Shown in pieces: positions 46,237 to 55,645 of a stretch of DNA of 64,000 nucleotides. The notes below the pieces were generated by a model. That model saw nothing but the letters and a program-made list of their open reading frames with translations, was not told the DNA's origin and made no database searches. This stretch comes from Bacteroidales bacterium (GTDB lineage Bacteria; Bacteroidota; Bacteroidia; Bacteroidales; UBA12077), in contig DMBU01000068.1 of assembly GCA_003446015.1 (NCBI GenBank), positions 27,286 through 91,285 of the forward strand, read 5' to 3'. Numbering within the stretch: the first letter of the stretch is position 1; each line of letters begins with the position of its first letter. Made by a program: the position numbers and the translations under genes.

Positions 46237-49200
46237 ATGTCAAAAAACAAGAAATTTATAACTTGCGACGGTAACTATGCAGCAGCACATGTGGCTTATA
46301 TGTTTAGTGAAGTGGCAGCAATTTATCCGATTACTCCTTCTTCAACTATGGCAGAATATGTTGATGAATGGGCCTCTTTCGGACGTAAAAATATCTTTGG
46401 AGATCAGGTTAAGGTAGTTGAAATGCAGTCGGAGGGTGGTGCAGCAGGTGCTGTTCACGGTTCATTGCAAGCGGGTGCATTAACTACAACTTTTACAGCT
46501 TCACAGGGTTTATTATTAATGATTCCTAATATGTATAAAATTTCTGGTGAATTATTGCCAGGCGTTTTTCACGTAAGTGCACGAAGTTTAGCTGCTCAGG
46601 CTCTTTCAATTTTCGGTGATCATAGTGATGTTATGAGTACAAGACACACTGGTTTTGCCATGTTAGCAACTGGTAGTGTTCAGGAAATTATGGACATTGC
46701 AGGTATTGCTCATCTTGCATCAATAAAATCAAGAATTCCGTTTTTGCATTTCTTTGATGGTTTCAGAACTTCTCATGAAATTCAAAAAGTTGAATATTTT
46801 GAAAATGAGGACCTGGCTAAGTTACTTGATTATGAAGCATTACAGAAATTCAGAGATGGAGCACTAAATCCAGAGCATCCTGTTACTCGTGGTACAGCGC
46901 AGAATCCGGATATTTATTTCCAATCACGTGAAGCTGCAAATATATTCTACGATCCAATTCCTGATTTAGTTGAATCATATATGCAGGAAATTACAAAATT
47001 AACTGGTCGTGAATATCATCCATTTACATATTATGGACCTGAAGATGCTGAAAATATTATCGTAGCAATGGGTTCAATTACTTCAACTATTAAAGAAGTA
47101 ATTGATTACAAATTAGCTAAAGGTGAAAAAGTTGGTTTAATCTCAGTTCATCTATATCGACCATTTTCTGAGAAATATTTCATGAAAGTTCTTCCAAAAT
47201 CAGTTAAACGTATTTCTGTTTTAGATAGAACGAAAGAACCAGGAGCTAACGGAGAACCATTATATCTTGATATTAGAGAATTATTCTATGGAAAAGAGAA
47301 AGCGCCAATGGTTATTGGAGGCCGATATGGATTAAGCTCAAAAGATACAACTCCTTCTCACATTATTTCAGTATATGATAATTTAGCTATGGCTGAACCT
47401 AAAAATCATTTTACTGTAGGTATTGTTGATGATGTTAAATTCTTATCCTTACCAATATTACCTGAAATCAGCGTTGTACCAAAAGGTACTTTCGAAGGTA
47501 AATTTTATGGTTTAGGTTCTGACGGAACAGTTGGAGCAAATAAAAACTCAATTAAAATTATTGGTGACTCAACAGATAAATATGCACAAGCTTATTTTGC
47601 ATACGATTCTAAAAAATCAGGTGGTATTACAGTTTCTCACCTCCGTTTTGGGGATAAAGAAATTCGTTCGCCTTATTTAGTTGGAACACCTGATTTCGTT
47701 GCATGCCACGTTCCTTCATATTTAGATAAATATGATATGTTAAGAGGTATTAAAAAAGGTGGTACTTTCTTACTAAATAGTATTTGGGATGCTGAAGAAA
47801 CCAAAAATCATTTCCCTGATGAAATGAAAAAAGTTTTAGCTGAAAAAGAAATCAAATGTTACATAATAAACGCAACTAAGATTGCTGATGACATTGGTTT
47901 GGGTAATAGAACAAATACAATATTACAATCTGCATTCTTTAAAATATCAAATGTAATTCCTTACGAGCAAGCAGTTGATCAAATGAAGAAAGCTATCGTT
48001 AAGTCTTACGGCAGAAAAGGAGAAGATGTTGTTAAAATGAATAAAGCTGCTGTTGATCGTGGTGGTGATGTTGAGGAAATCAAAATCCCCGTTGAATGGA
48101 AAAATATTGAAATAAAAGCAAAAAAAGACGATAGAAATATTCCTGATTTTATTAAGAATGTTGTTGAACCTATCAATGCTCAAAAGGGGGATGATCTTCC
48201 TGTAAGTGCATTTGTTGGAAGAGAAGATGGTACTTTCCCGGCAGGAACTACGGCTTATGAAAAACGTGGTATTGCTGTTACGGTGCCAGAATGGATTCCT
48301 GAAAATTGTATTCAGTGTAATCAGTGTGCATATGTTTGTCCTCACGCAGTAATTCGTCCTTTCTTATTAACAGAAGAAGAAGTGGCAAATGCTCCTAAAG
48401 GTACTGAGGTTATTACAGGAACAGGTGGTACAAAAGAATATAAGTTCAGAATGCAGGTAAGTCCACTGGATTGTACAGGTTGTGGAAACTGCGAAGATGT
48501 TTGTCCTGCTAAAACAAAAGCGTTGGTAATGAAACCTTTGGAAACTCAATTGGTTGAAAACGAACGTTGGGATTATATGCATAATAAGGTTGGTTATAAA
48601 GACACTGTTTTACAAAAAGATAAGAGTGTTAAAAATAGCCAGTTTGCTCAACCTTTATTTGAGTTTAGCGGTGCTTGCGCTGGTTGTGGAGAAACTCCTT
48701 ATATTAAAACAATCACACAATTATTTGGAGATCGAATGATGGTTGCAAATGCAACAGGATGTTCTTCAATTTACGGTGGTTCTGCTCCAGCTACTCCTTA
48801 TTGTGAAAATAAGGATGGTAAAGGTCCTGCCTGGGCAAACTCATTATTTGAAGACAATGCTGAATATGGATTAGGTATGCATGTTGGTGTTGAAAAACTT
48901 AGATCAAGAATAGCAGAAAAAATGAATGCATCAATGAATGATGTATCTGCTAATACTCAAACTGCATTTAAAGAGTGGATTGAAAACATGTTTAAGGCAG
49001 AAGAATCGAGAGTAGCATCTGAAAAAGTTATTGAAGCATGTAAAAAAGAAAAGAACCCAATTGCAAAAGATATATTAGCTCTTGAGCAGTATCTAATTAA
49101 AAAATCTACCTGGATATTTGGGGGTGATGGTTGGGCTTACGATATTGGATATGGTGGATTAGATCATGTTCTGGCATCTGGTGAAGATGTAAACGTTCTT

Positions 49201-49752
49201 GTGTTAGATACGGAAGTTTATTCAAATACAGGAGGTCAGGCATCTAAATCAACTCCAATTGGTGCTGTTGCTAAATTTGCCGCTGCAGGTATGCGAACAC
49301 GTAAAAAAGATTTGGGTATGATGGCCATGTCGTACGGATATGTTTACGTTGCACAGGTTGCAATGGGAGCAAGCCAAAATCAGTATTTTAAAGCTATTAA
49401 AGAAGCTGAAGCTTATCCGGGACCATCATTGATCATTGCTTATGCGCCTTGTATTAATCACGGATTAAGATTAGGAATGGGTAAAACTCAATTGGAATCT
49501 AAATTAGCTGTTGAGGCTGGATACTGGCATAATTACCGATTCAATCCTTTATTAGAGGCTGAAGGTAAAAATCCATTTGAACTAGATTCGAAAGAACCAG
49601 AATGGGATAAATTTCAGGATTTCCTAAAGAGCGAAGTACGCTACACTTCATTGAAGAAATCGTTCCCAGCTGAAGCTGATGTATTATTTAGGCAAGCTGA
49701 AAATGATGCTAAATGGAGATATAATAACTATAAAAAATTAGCTTCAAACTAG
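46237..49752 (+). CDS. nifJ: Pyruvate:ferredoxin (flavodoxin) oxidoreductase
   Basis: 1171 aa single-chain PFOR. Two ferredoxin CxxCxxCxxxCP motifs. TPP motif GGDGWAYDIGYGGLDH. Confidence 0.95.
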   Translation: MSKNKKFITCDGNYAAAHVAYMFSEVAAIYPITPSSTMAEYVDEWASFGRKNIFGDQVKVVEMQSEGGAAGAVHGSLQAGALTTTFTASQGLLLMIPNMYKISGELLPGVFHVSARSLAAQALSIFGDHSDVMSTRHTGFAMLATGSVQEIMDIAGIAHLASIKSRIPFLHFFDGFRTSHEIQKVEYFENEDLAKLLDYEALQKFRDGALNPEHPVTRGTAQNPDIYFQSREAANIFYDPIPDLVESYMQEITKLTGREYHPFTYYGPEDAENIIVAMGSITSTIKEVIDYKLAKGEKVGLISVHLYRPFSEKYFMKVLPKSVKRISVLDRTKEPGANGEPLYLDIRELFYGKEKAPMVIGGRYGLSSKDTTPSHIISVYDNLAMAEPKNHFTVGIVDDVKFLSLPILPEISVVPKGTFEGKFYGLGSDGTVGANKNSIKIIGDSTDKYAQAYFAYDSKKSGGITVSHLRFGDKEIRSPYLVGTPDFVACHVPSYLDKYDMLRGIKKGGTFLLNSIWDAEETKNHFPDEMKKVLAEKEIKCYIINATKIADDIGLGNRTNTILQSAFFKISNVIPYEQAVDQMKKAIVKSYGRKGEDVVKMNKAAVDRGGDVEEIKIPVEWKNIEIKAKKDDRNIPDFIKNVVEPINAQKGDDLPVSAFVGREDGTFPAGTTAYEKRGIAVTVPEWIPENCIQCNQCAYVCPHAVIRPFLLTEEEVANAPKGTEVITGTGGTKEYKFRMQVSPLDCTGCGNCEDVCPAKTKALVMKPLETQLVENERWDYMHNKVGYKDTVLQKDKSVKNSQFAQPLFEFSGACAGCGETPYIKTITQLFGDRMMVANATGCSSIYGGSAPATPYCENKDGKGPAWANSLFEDNAEYGLGMHVGVEKLRSRIAEKMNASMNDVSANTQTAFKEWIENMFKAEESRVASEKVIEACKKEKNPIAKDILALEQYLIKKSTWIFGGDGWAYDIGYGGLDHVLASGEDVNVLVLDTEVYSNTGGQASKSTPIGAVAKFAAAGMRTRKKDLGMMAMSYGYVYVAQVAMGASQNQYFKAIKEAEAYPGPSLIIAYAPCINHGLRLGMGKTQLESKLAVEAGYWHNYRFNPLLEAEGKNPFELDSKEPEWDKFQDFLKSEVRYTSLKKSFPAEADVLFRQAENDAKWRYNNYKKLASN

Positions 49753-49772
49753 AACTTTAGTAATAATAAATA

Positions 49773-49805
49773 AAGAAAAGCAGGACTTATAGTTCTGCTT
49801 TTCTT
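49773..49805 (+). terminator. Rho-independent terminator after the PFOR gene
   Basis: 13-bp stem AAGAAAAGCAGGA / TTCTGCTTTTCTT including one G.U pair. Confidence 0.75.
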
Positions 49806-49859
49806 ATTTAAAATCAATTTATATTATAACTTGTTTTTTAATGTTTAGATTAAGTAATA

Positions 49860-50534
49860 TTAATTATTTATAATATCTTTTAATATGACTTTTTTAGAAT
49901 TTGTTGTTATTTCTAGAATATTTTTATTCTTAGAATTTAATGTTACGGGAATAATCTCAGTATCATCTTTAAGTATTAATACATTTAAATAGTTTGTTTG
50001 TATCACAAACGGATTTGCTGTTAATGCCCAGTATTCATCATTAATATTAAATTTAAAAAGAACACTTATATTTTCTCTTTCAGTAGAAAATATATCGCTG
50101 CTTTCATTTATGGATAGATCTCCATGGTGGTGTTGGTCCAATATATAATTATTTGAGTCATAAAATGAACTTACATATATTAGGTTAAAAGACGAGTTGT
50201 TTTTGACTTGATAAGCAGTTGATTGTTTAATAAAAATCTGTTTAGTAAACTCATCATGTCCTACATCATTTTTAGCAATTAATTTGACATTATAATTCCC
50301 ACCAATTTTAAATAAATGAGAAGGGTTTTCTTCCGTTGATGTTTGTCCATCGTCAAAGTCCCATAAAAGTTCATCTGCATGTATAGATAAATCTATAAAC
50401 GAAATAGTGCAAGGTGAAGTAAGTTCTCTATCAGGGCATGAAAATTCTGCTGTAGGAGATGGAGAAGGTTCTTCATCTGAACAAAAGGTAAATACAAAAA
50501 GGGAAATCATAAATAAAAGGTAATTTTTTCTCAT
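49860..50534 (-). CDS. PKD-domain lipoprotein
   Basis: Lipobox FTFC. PKD-like block (WDFDDGQTSTEENPSHLFKIGGNYNVKL). Confidence 0.6.
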   Translation of the reverse strand: MRKNYLLFMISLFVFTFCSDEEPSPSPTAEFSCPDRELTSPCTISFIDLSIHADELLWDFDDGQTSTEENPSHLFKIGGNYNVKLIAKNDVGHDEFTKQIFIKQSTAYQVKNNSSFNLIYVSSFYDSNNYILDQHHHGDLSINESSDIFSTERENISVLFKFNINDEYWALTANPFVIQTNYLNVLILKDDTEIIPVTLNSKNKNILEITTNSKKVILKDIINN

Positions 50535-50738
50535 TTTTTTAATTTTTTAGGTTTTAGAAATAAATATGAATTTATATTTATTTTTTGAAATCCCAAATTA
50601 CATTTAAATTTAAATTAGCTTCTGTTTATTTTTTATTTAATAAAACCGGTAAAATATTAAACAAGATTTGAACTAAAATTTAAAATACTTGTTATAAATA
50701 TTAAAGAAATAAACGTTAAACTAAAACCCCCGAATTGT

Positions 50739-51755
50739 ATGGCAGATTTAAGTACCACCTATATGGGATTAAAATTGAAGAATCCTATTATTGCCGGTTC
50801 ATCAAATTTAGCTTTAGACATTAGAAATGTTAAAGCTATGGAAGAAGCTGGTATTGGAGCAATTGTTTATAAATCTTTATTCGAAGAACAGGTTAATTTT
50901 GAATCAGCCGACTTAGATGAAGATTTGCAGGCATATAATGACAGGCATGCTGAAATGACCAAGATTTATCCTGAAATGAAACATGCAGGTCCGAAAGATT
51001 TTTTATTACAACTTAAAAAAATTAAGGAAAATACTTCAGTTCCTTTAATTGCCAGTATTAATGCTATTTATGAAGAGACATGGGTTGAGTATGCAAAGTT
51101 AATAGAAGAAACAGGGGTGGATGCTTTAGAAATTAATTTGTATAAAACACCTAAACATTTCGAAGATACAGGTGAAAGTCTTGAAAAAAGAAAATTAGAA
51201 ATTATAAAAGCTGTGAGAAAGGCGGTTAAGATACCTGTTGCAGTTAAATTAAGCCCCTTTTATAGTGGACTTCTTAATTTTATCTCCGAAGTTGATAAGA
51301 CAGGAATTAATGGTTTGGTGCTGTTTAATAAATTGTTTGAACCAGAAATCGATATTAATGAAGAAAAACCATTGTTCCCTTTTAACTTAAGTAATAAAGG
51401 AGATCATAGATTGCCACTGCGGTACGCAGGATTGTTGCATGGAAATGTAAAAGCTGATATTTGTAGCTCATCTGGAATCTTTGATGGGGATGATGTTATT
51501 AAGATGTTGTTAGCTGGTGCCGATACCGTTCAGGTTGTGAGTACACTGTATAAAAATAAAATTGGCCATATTACAACTATTGTAAATCGATTAGAGGAAT
51601 GGATGGATAATAAAGGCTATAAAACAATCAATGATTTTAAAGGGAAATTATCACGAAAAAAATGTAATGATCCATATGTTTATTTAAGAGCGCAATATGT
51701 TGATATTTTACTTAATAGTTCGGACAAATTGCTAAAGAAATTTCCTGTAATATAA
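50739..51755 (+). CDS. Dihydroorotate dehydrogenase-like (PyrD/PreA family) flavoprotein
   Basis: TIM-barrel DHOD-family blocks (LKNPIIAGSS, PLIASIN, PVAVKLSP). Confidence 0.7.
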   Translation: MADLSTTYMGLKLKNPIIAGSSNLALDIRNVKAMEEAGIGAIVYKSLFEEQVNFESADLDEDLQAYNDRHAEMTKIYPEMKHAGPKDFLLQLKKIKENTSVPLIASINAIYEETWVEYAKLIEETGVDALEINLYKTPKHFEDTGESLEKRKLEIIKAVRKAVKIPVAVKLSPFYSGLLNFISEVDKTGINGLVLFNKLFEPEIDINEEKPLFPFNLSNKGDHRLPLRYAGLLHGNVKADICSSSGIFDGDDVIKMLLAGADTVQVVSTLYKNKIGHITTIVNRLEEWMDNKGYKTINDFKGKLSRKKCNDPYVYLRAQYVDILLNSSDKLLKKFPVI

Positions 51756-51796
51756 TACGTAAAAGATGTTGTCCTAAAATGAACGTTTTTGCTACG

Positions 51797-51868
51797 AAGG
51801 CTCAAAGACACGAAATTTTACAAAGTGTTAATTTGCTGTAAACATTGCTTTGTGATTCTTTGAGCCTT
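51797..51868. terminator. Long imperfect hairpin between convergent genes
   Basis: Perfect outer 12-bp arms AAGGCTCAAAGA / TCTTTGAGCCTT with partly paired inner segments. Confidence 0.5.
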
Positions 51869-51930
51869 TGTCCCGATTATTATTGGGATAGTGGCTAATT
51901 TTCATTAAATCTTCTTGGATACTACCTTTT

Positions 51931-52401
51931 TTATTTAAGAACCTCTCGTTTTAGGTAAGGCGTATAATCTTTAACTATTTGCTGATATTTTTCATTAAAT
52001 AGTTTTGATGATATAATGAAATCGGCAGAAGAACGGTTGCTAGCCATTGGTATATTGTATAAAACAGCAATACGTAATAAGGCTTTTACATCAACATCAT
52101 GAGGTTGAGGTTCCATTGGATCCCATAGAAAAATTAGTAAATCTATTTCTTCGGTTGCAATTAAGGCACCCAATTGTTGATCACCTCCTAAAGGTCCTGA
52201 TTTTAATTTTTTAATCTTTTTATTGGGTTTATTATCTTCTCTTAGTTTTTTATTTAATAATTTCTCAATTAAGGTACCTGTTGTTCCTGTGCAAGTTAAT
52301 TCATGTTTTACAAGAGTTTCCCAGTTCCATTCTACCCAGTCCAAAAGATCTTTTTTCCTATTATCATGAGCTACAAGTGCTATTCGTTTTCTTTTCTCCA
52401 T
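51931..52401 (-). CDS. mgsA: Methylglyoxal synthase
   Basis: VAHDNRKKDL, TGTTG and GPLGGDQQ motifs. Confidence 0.9.
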   Translation of the reverse strand: MEKRKRIALVAHDNRKKDLLDWVEWNWETLVKHELTCTGTTGTLIEKLLNKKLREDNKPNKKIKKLKSGPLGGDQQLGALIATEEIDLLIFLWDPMEPQPHDVDVKALLRIAVLYNIPMASNRSSADFIISSKLFNEKYQQIVKDYTPYLKREVLK

Positions 52402-52427
52402 TTTAAAACTAATTTAAGATTTACATT

Positions 52428-54176
52428 TTACTTTAATCTGACAATAACATCGCCTTTAGAAACCATATCTCCATGTTGGAAAAATATTTCATCAACTTCA
52501 CCATCGTAATCCGATACTATTTCATCATAAGTATAATTATTTTCAATGTAGCAGATGCGTTGTCCTTTTTTTACAATATTACCCAATTCTACCGCTTGTT
52601 CTTCAATAAAATAGTTTAAGTTATAAAAAATTCTTCCCATATAAGGTGATGCAATGTCTTTTTTAGAAGGGTCGGCTTTAACATGTCCTGTGCCAATGGG
52701 TTTATTGATTTCTTCACGAATTTTTTGAAGTTCTTCGTTAAATCGTTGCTTTGCAATCCCCGATTTAAAATCCTGATATTGTCGTTCATGCATCGCGAAT
52801 TCAAACAGTTCTTCATCATCCTGGCCTGTGTCCCAACCATTTTCTACCATTTCATTTCTGAATTTATCGAGCTCGTTGGGATAGTTATCTTGAGGTATTC
52901 CTGTGTAAAACTCTTTTCCCTGGCTCTTTGCTATTTCAATAATTTGAGGATCCAGATTCCCGGGTAATTTACCTGCCTTTCCAATGATCATATCCCAGGC
53001 ATTATTATCAATGATAGAGAATTTCTCTTTTCCCTGAATCTCTTGCATTACATTAAGCAAAGCTATGTTCTTAACATATTGGCTAAAAGGCGTAACCAGG
53101 GGTGGATTCCCTAGTTTTGGCCAAATATCAATGACCTCATCAAATAATTTTACTAAAAGATCATCTTCCGTTAACTTTTCTTTTCCACTGGCTTCCAAAG
53201 TCTGATTTAAACCCTGTTGAACACCCTTTAAATCAGCCATCATACTTCCCATCATCCCACCTGGCAATCCTGGCTGTACAAGCAAAGATGACATATAACG
53301 ATTTTTTGGATTTATAAAATAGCCTAAAAAATCATCTATGAATTCCTGATTTAATGCTCGGGCCTTCATATATGCTTTCATATTTATCTCAGGCACCTTA
53401 AATCCGGCATCTTTAAGCATTGCCTGTATAGTAATAACATCAGGATGAACCATTCCCCAAGATAAAGGCTCCATGGCTACGTCAACATATTCGGCACCAG
53501 CTTTTGCCACCTCCAGTATTGATGCAACAGAAAATCCCGGACCTGAATGTCCATGATATTGAACTAAAATATGAGGATATTTATCTTTGATGTTGCTAAC
53601 AAGTTTTCCTAAAGTTACCGGACGGCCAATACCAGCCATATCTTTTAAACATATCTCATCAGTTCCATATTCTACGGCTTTATCAACAACTCCCATGAAA
53701 TACTTAATAGTATGTATTTCAGAATGAGTGATACTTAATGTTGCCTGCGAAATCATTCCTGCTTCTTTGGCATATTTTATGGAAAGTTCAAGGTTACGGT
53801 GATCGTTTAATCCGCAAAACGAACGCGCAATATCAACGCCCTGAGCTTTTTTAACTTTATACATTAACTTCCTGATATCAGCAGGAACCGGGTACATTCT
53901 GATTCCATTCAAAGCCCTTTCAAGCATGTGAGTCTGAATTCCCGCTTCATTAAACGGCTTGGTCCATTCTCTGACAGCTTTATTAGGGTTTTCTCCATAC
54001 AATAAATTTACTTGCTCGAAGGCTCCACCATTGGTTTCAATTCTCGAGAAACAACCCATATCAATAATTACAGGAGCTATTTTTTTTAGCTGATCAACAC
54101 GAGGTACATATTTCCCTGATGATTGCCACATATCCCGATATACTAAACTAAATTTGATTTCTTTGCTCATATACAA
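52428..54176 (-). CDS. Pyruvate/oxaloacetate carboxyltransferase (oxaloacetate decarboxylase alpha / PycB-like) with C-terminal biotinyl-like domain
   Basis: HMGL-like TIM barrel (HGHSGPG region). The C-terminal ~70 aa align to a biotin-carrier fold but lack the A-M-K-M lysine. Confidence 0.75.
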   Translation of the reverse strand: MYMSKEIKFSLVYRDMWQSSGKYVPRVDQLKKIAPVIIDMGCFSRIETNGGAFEQVNLLYGENPNKAVREWTKPFNEAGIQTHMLERALNGIRMYPVPADIRKLMYKVKKAQGVDIARSFCGLNDHRNLELSIKYAKEAGMISQATLSITHSEIHTIKYFMGVVDKAVEYGTDEICLKDMAGIGRPVTLGKLVSNIKDKYPHILVQYHGHSGPGFSVASILEVAKAGAEYVDVAMEPLSWGMVHPDVITIQAMLKDAGFKVPEINMKAYMKARALNQEFIDDFLGYFINPKNRYMSSLLVQPGLPGGMMGSMMADLKGVQQGLNQTLEASGKEKLTEDDLLVKLFDEVIDIWPKLGNPPLVTPFSQYVKNIALLNVMQEIQGKEKFSIIDNNAWDMIIGKAGKLPGNLDPQIIEIAKSQGKEFYTGIPQDNYPNELDKFRNEMVENGWDTGQDDEELFEFAMHERQYQDFKSGIAKQRFNEELQKIREEINKPIGTGHVKADPSKKDIASPYMGRIFYNLNYFIEEQAVELGNIVKKGQRICYIENNYTYDEIVSDYDGEVDEIFFQHGDMVSKGDVIVRLK

Positions 54177-54498
54177 ATTTGCAATTCGTTAAAAAAATGT
54201 ATTCTATTAAAATAGAAATGAATGTTTATTAAATATCTAAGAGAATATATTGCTTATCAAATTTAACGAAAAATACCATGCTGCTATATGTTTTAAAACT
54301 TAAGTAATACAAGCAGTTTGTTAATGTTTTGAAAATCATTTGAAAATATCTTAAATGTTATAAATCATAATTTAAATTATACAAGGTATAAAAAATTGAA
54401 AACATGATAACAGAATTACATGCATGTATTTTAAAGTTGATTGGTTTTAATTAGATAATAATATTTTAACTTTGTGCTTTAAAATTAAATTTAATACC

Positions 54499-54918
54499 AT
54501 GGGAAGAGTCCTGGCAATTGATTATGGTAGAAAAAGGGTTGGCATAGCTGTAACAGATCCTTTACAAATTATAGCAAATTCTTTAACTACAGTTCATTCC
54601 AAGGATATATGGACTTTCCTGGCTGAGTATCTTGGAAAGGAAGATGTAGAATGTATAGTTGTAGGATACCCAAAACAAATGAACAATCAGGCTTCCGAAG
54701 CTGTTAGATTCATTAATCCGTTTTTGAAAAAATTAACAAAAACTTATCCTGATATGGAAGTGAAAATTGTTGATGAAAGATTTACATCAAAAATGGCACA
54801 TCAAACAATGATAGATGCTGGTTTAAGAAAAAAAGCAAGACAAAATAAAGCTCTTGTTGATACAATAAGTGCAACAATTATTTTACAATCATATTTAGAA
54901 CAAAAATCAAAATATTAA
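54499..54918 (+). CDS. ruvX: Holliday junction resolvase-like RuvX (YqgF)
   Basis: Start at MGRVLAIDYGRKRVGIAV. Size is typical. Confidence 0.85.
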   Translation: MGRVLAIDYGRKRVGIAVTDPLQIIANSLTTVHSKDIWTFLAEYLGKEDVECIVVGYPKQMNNQASEAVRFINPFLKKLTKTYPDMEVKIVDERFTSKMAHQTMIDAGLRKKARQNKALVDTISATIILQSYLEQKSKY

Positions 54919-54919
54919 A

Positions 54920-55474
54920 ATGATTTATCCAATAGTAGTTTACGGTTCGCCGGTTTTAAGAAAAGTTGCCCAGGAAATAGATAAAGATTATCCTTTACTA
55001 AAAGATTTTATTGATGACATGTGGGAAACAATGTATGTTTCCGACGGATTAGGCCTGGCTGCTCCTCAGGTTGGGAAATCAATACGTTTATTTGTTATTG
55101 ATGGTGCTCCGCTTGAAGAGGATGATCCTAATTTAAAAGATTTTAAAAAAGTATTTATAAATGCCAAAATAATAGAAAAATCGAGCGAGGAAATTACAAT
55201 CAACGAAGGTTGTTTAAGTATTCCACTTTTAAGAGAGGAAGTAATCCGACCTGAAAAAGTGAGATTAGAGTATTATGATGAGAATTTCAATTTTCATGAT
55301 GAATGGTTCGAAGGAATGGCGGCTCGGGTAATTCAACATGAATATGATCATACGGAAGGTATTATGTTTACGGATAAAGTTGCACCCTTAAAAAAGCGAT
55401 TACTTAAAGGAAAGCTTCTTGCTATTTCAAAAGGCAAATTTAAGGTCGATTATAAAACTAAATTACCCAGGTAA
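54920..55474 (+). CDS. def: Peptide deformylase
   Basis: GLAAPQ, EGCLS and QHEYDH motifs. Confidence 0.95.
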   Translation: MIYPIVVYGSPVLRKVAQEIDKDYPLLKDFIDDMWETMYVSDGLGLAAPQVGKSIRLFVIDGAPLEEDDPNLKDFKKVFINAKIIEKSSEEITINEGCLSIPLLREEVIRPEKVRLEYYDENFNFHDEWFEGMAARVIQHEYDHTEGIMFTDKVAPLKKRLLKGKLLAISKGKFKVDYKTKLPR

Positions 55475-55494
55475 TACGATCAAAACATTTTATC

Positions 55495-55526
55495 AGCCTC
55501 ATAGGAATTCTATGGGGCTTTTCTTT
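55495..55526 (+). terminator. Rho-independent terminator after def
   Basis: AGCCTCATAG / CTATGGGGCT stem followed by a T-rich tail. Confidence 0.6.
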
Positions 55527-55645
55527 TAAACTTTTCAAGAATTTACAAGTCTAAAATTTGCAATATTGAACACTCTTTGTACTTAAATGTTTGTAAATTT
55601 ATATACTTAGCGGATCAAAATGATACTAACCAAATTCAAATAAAG

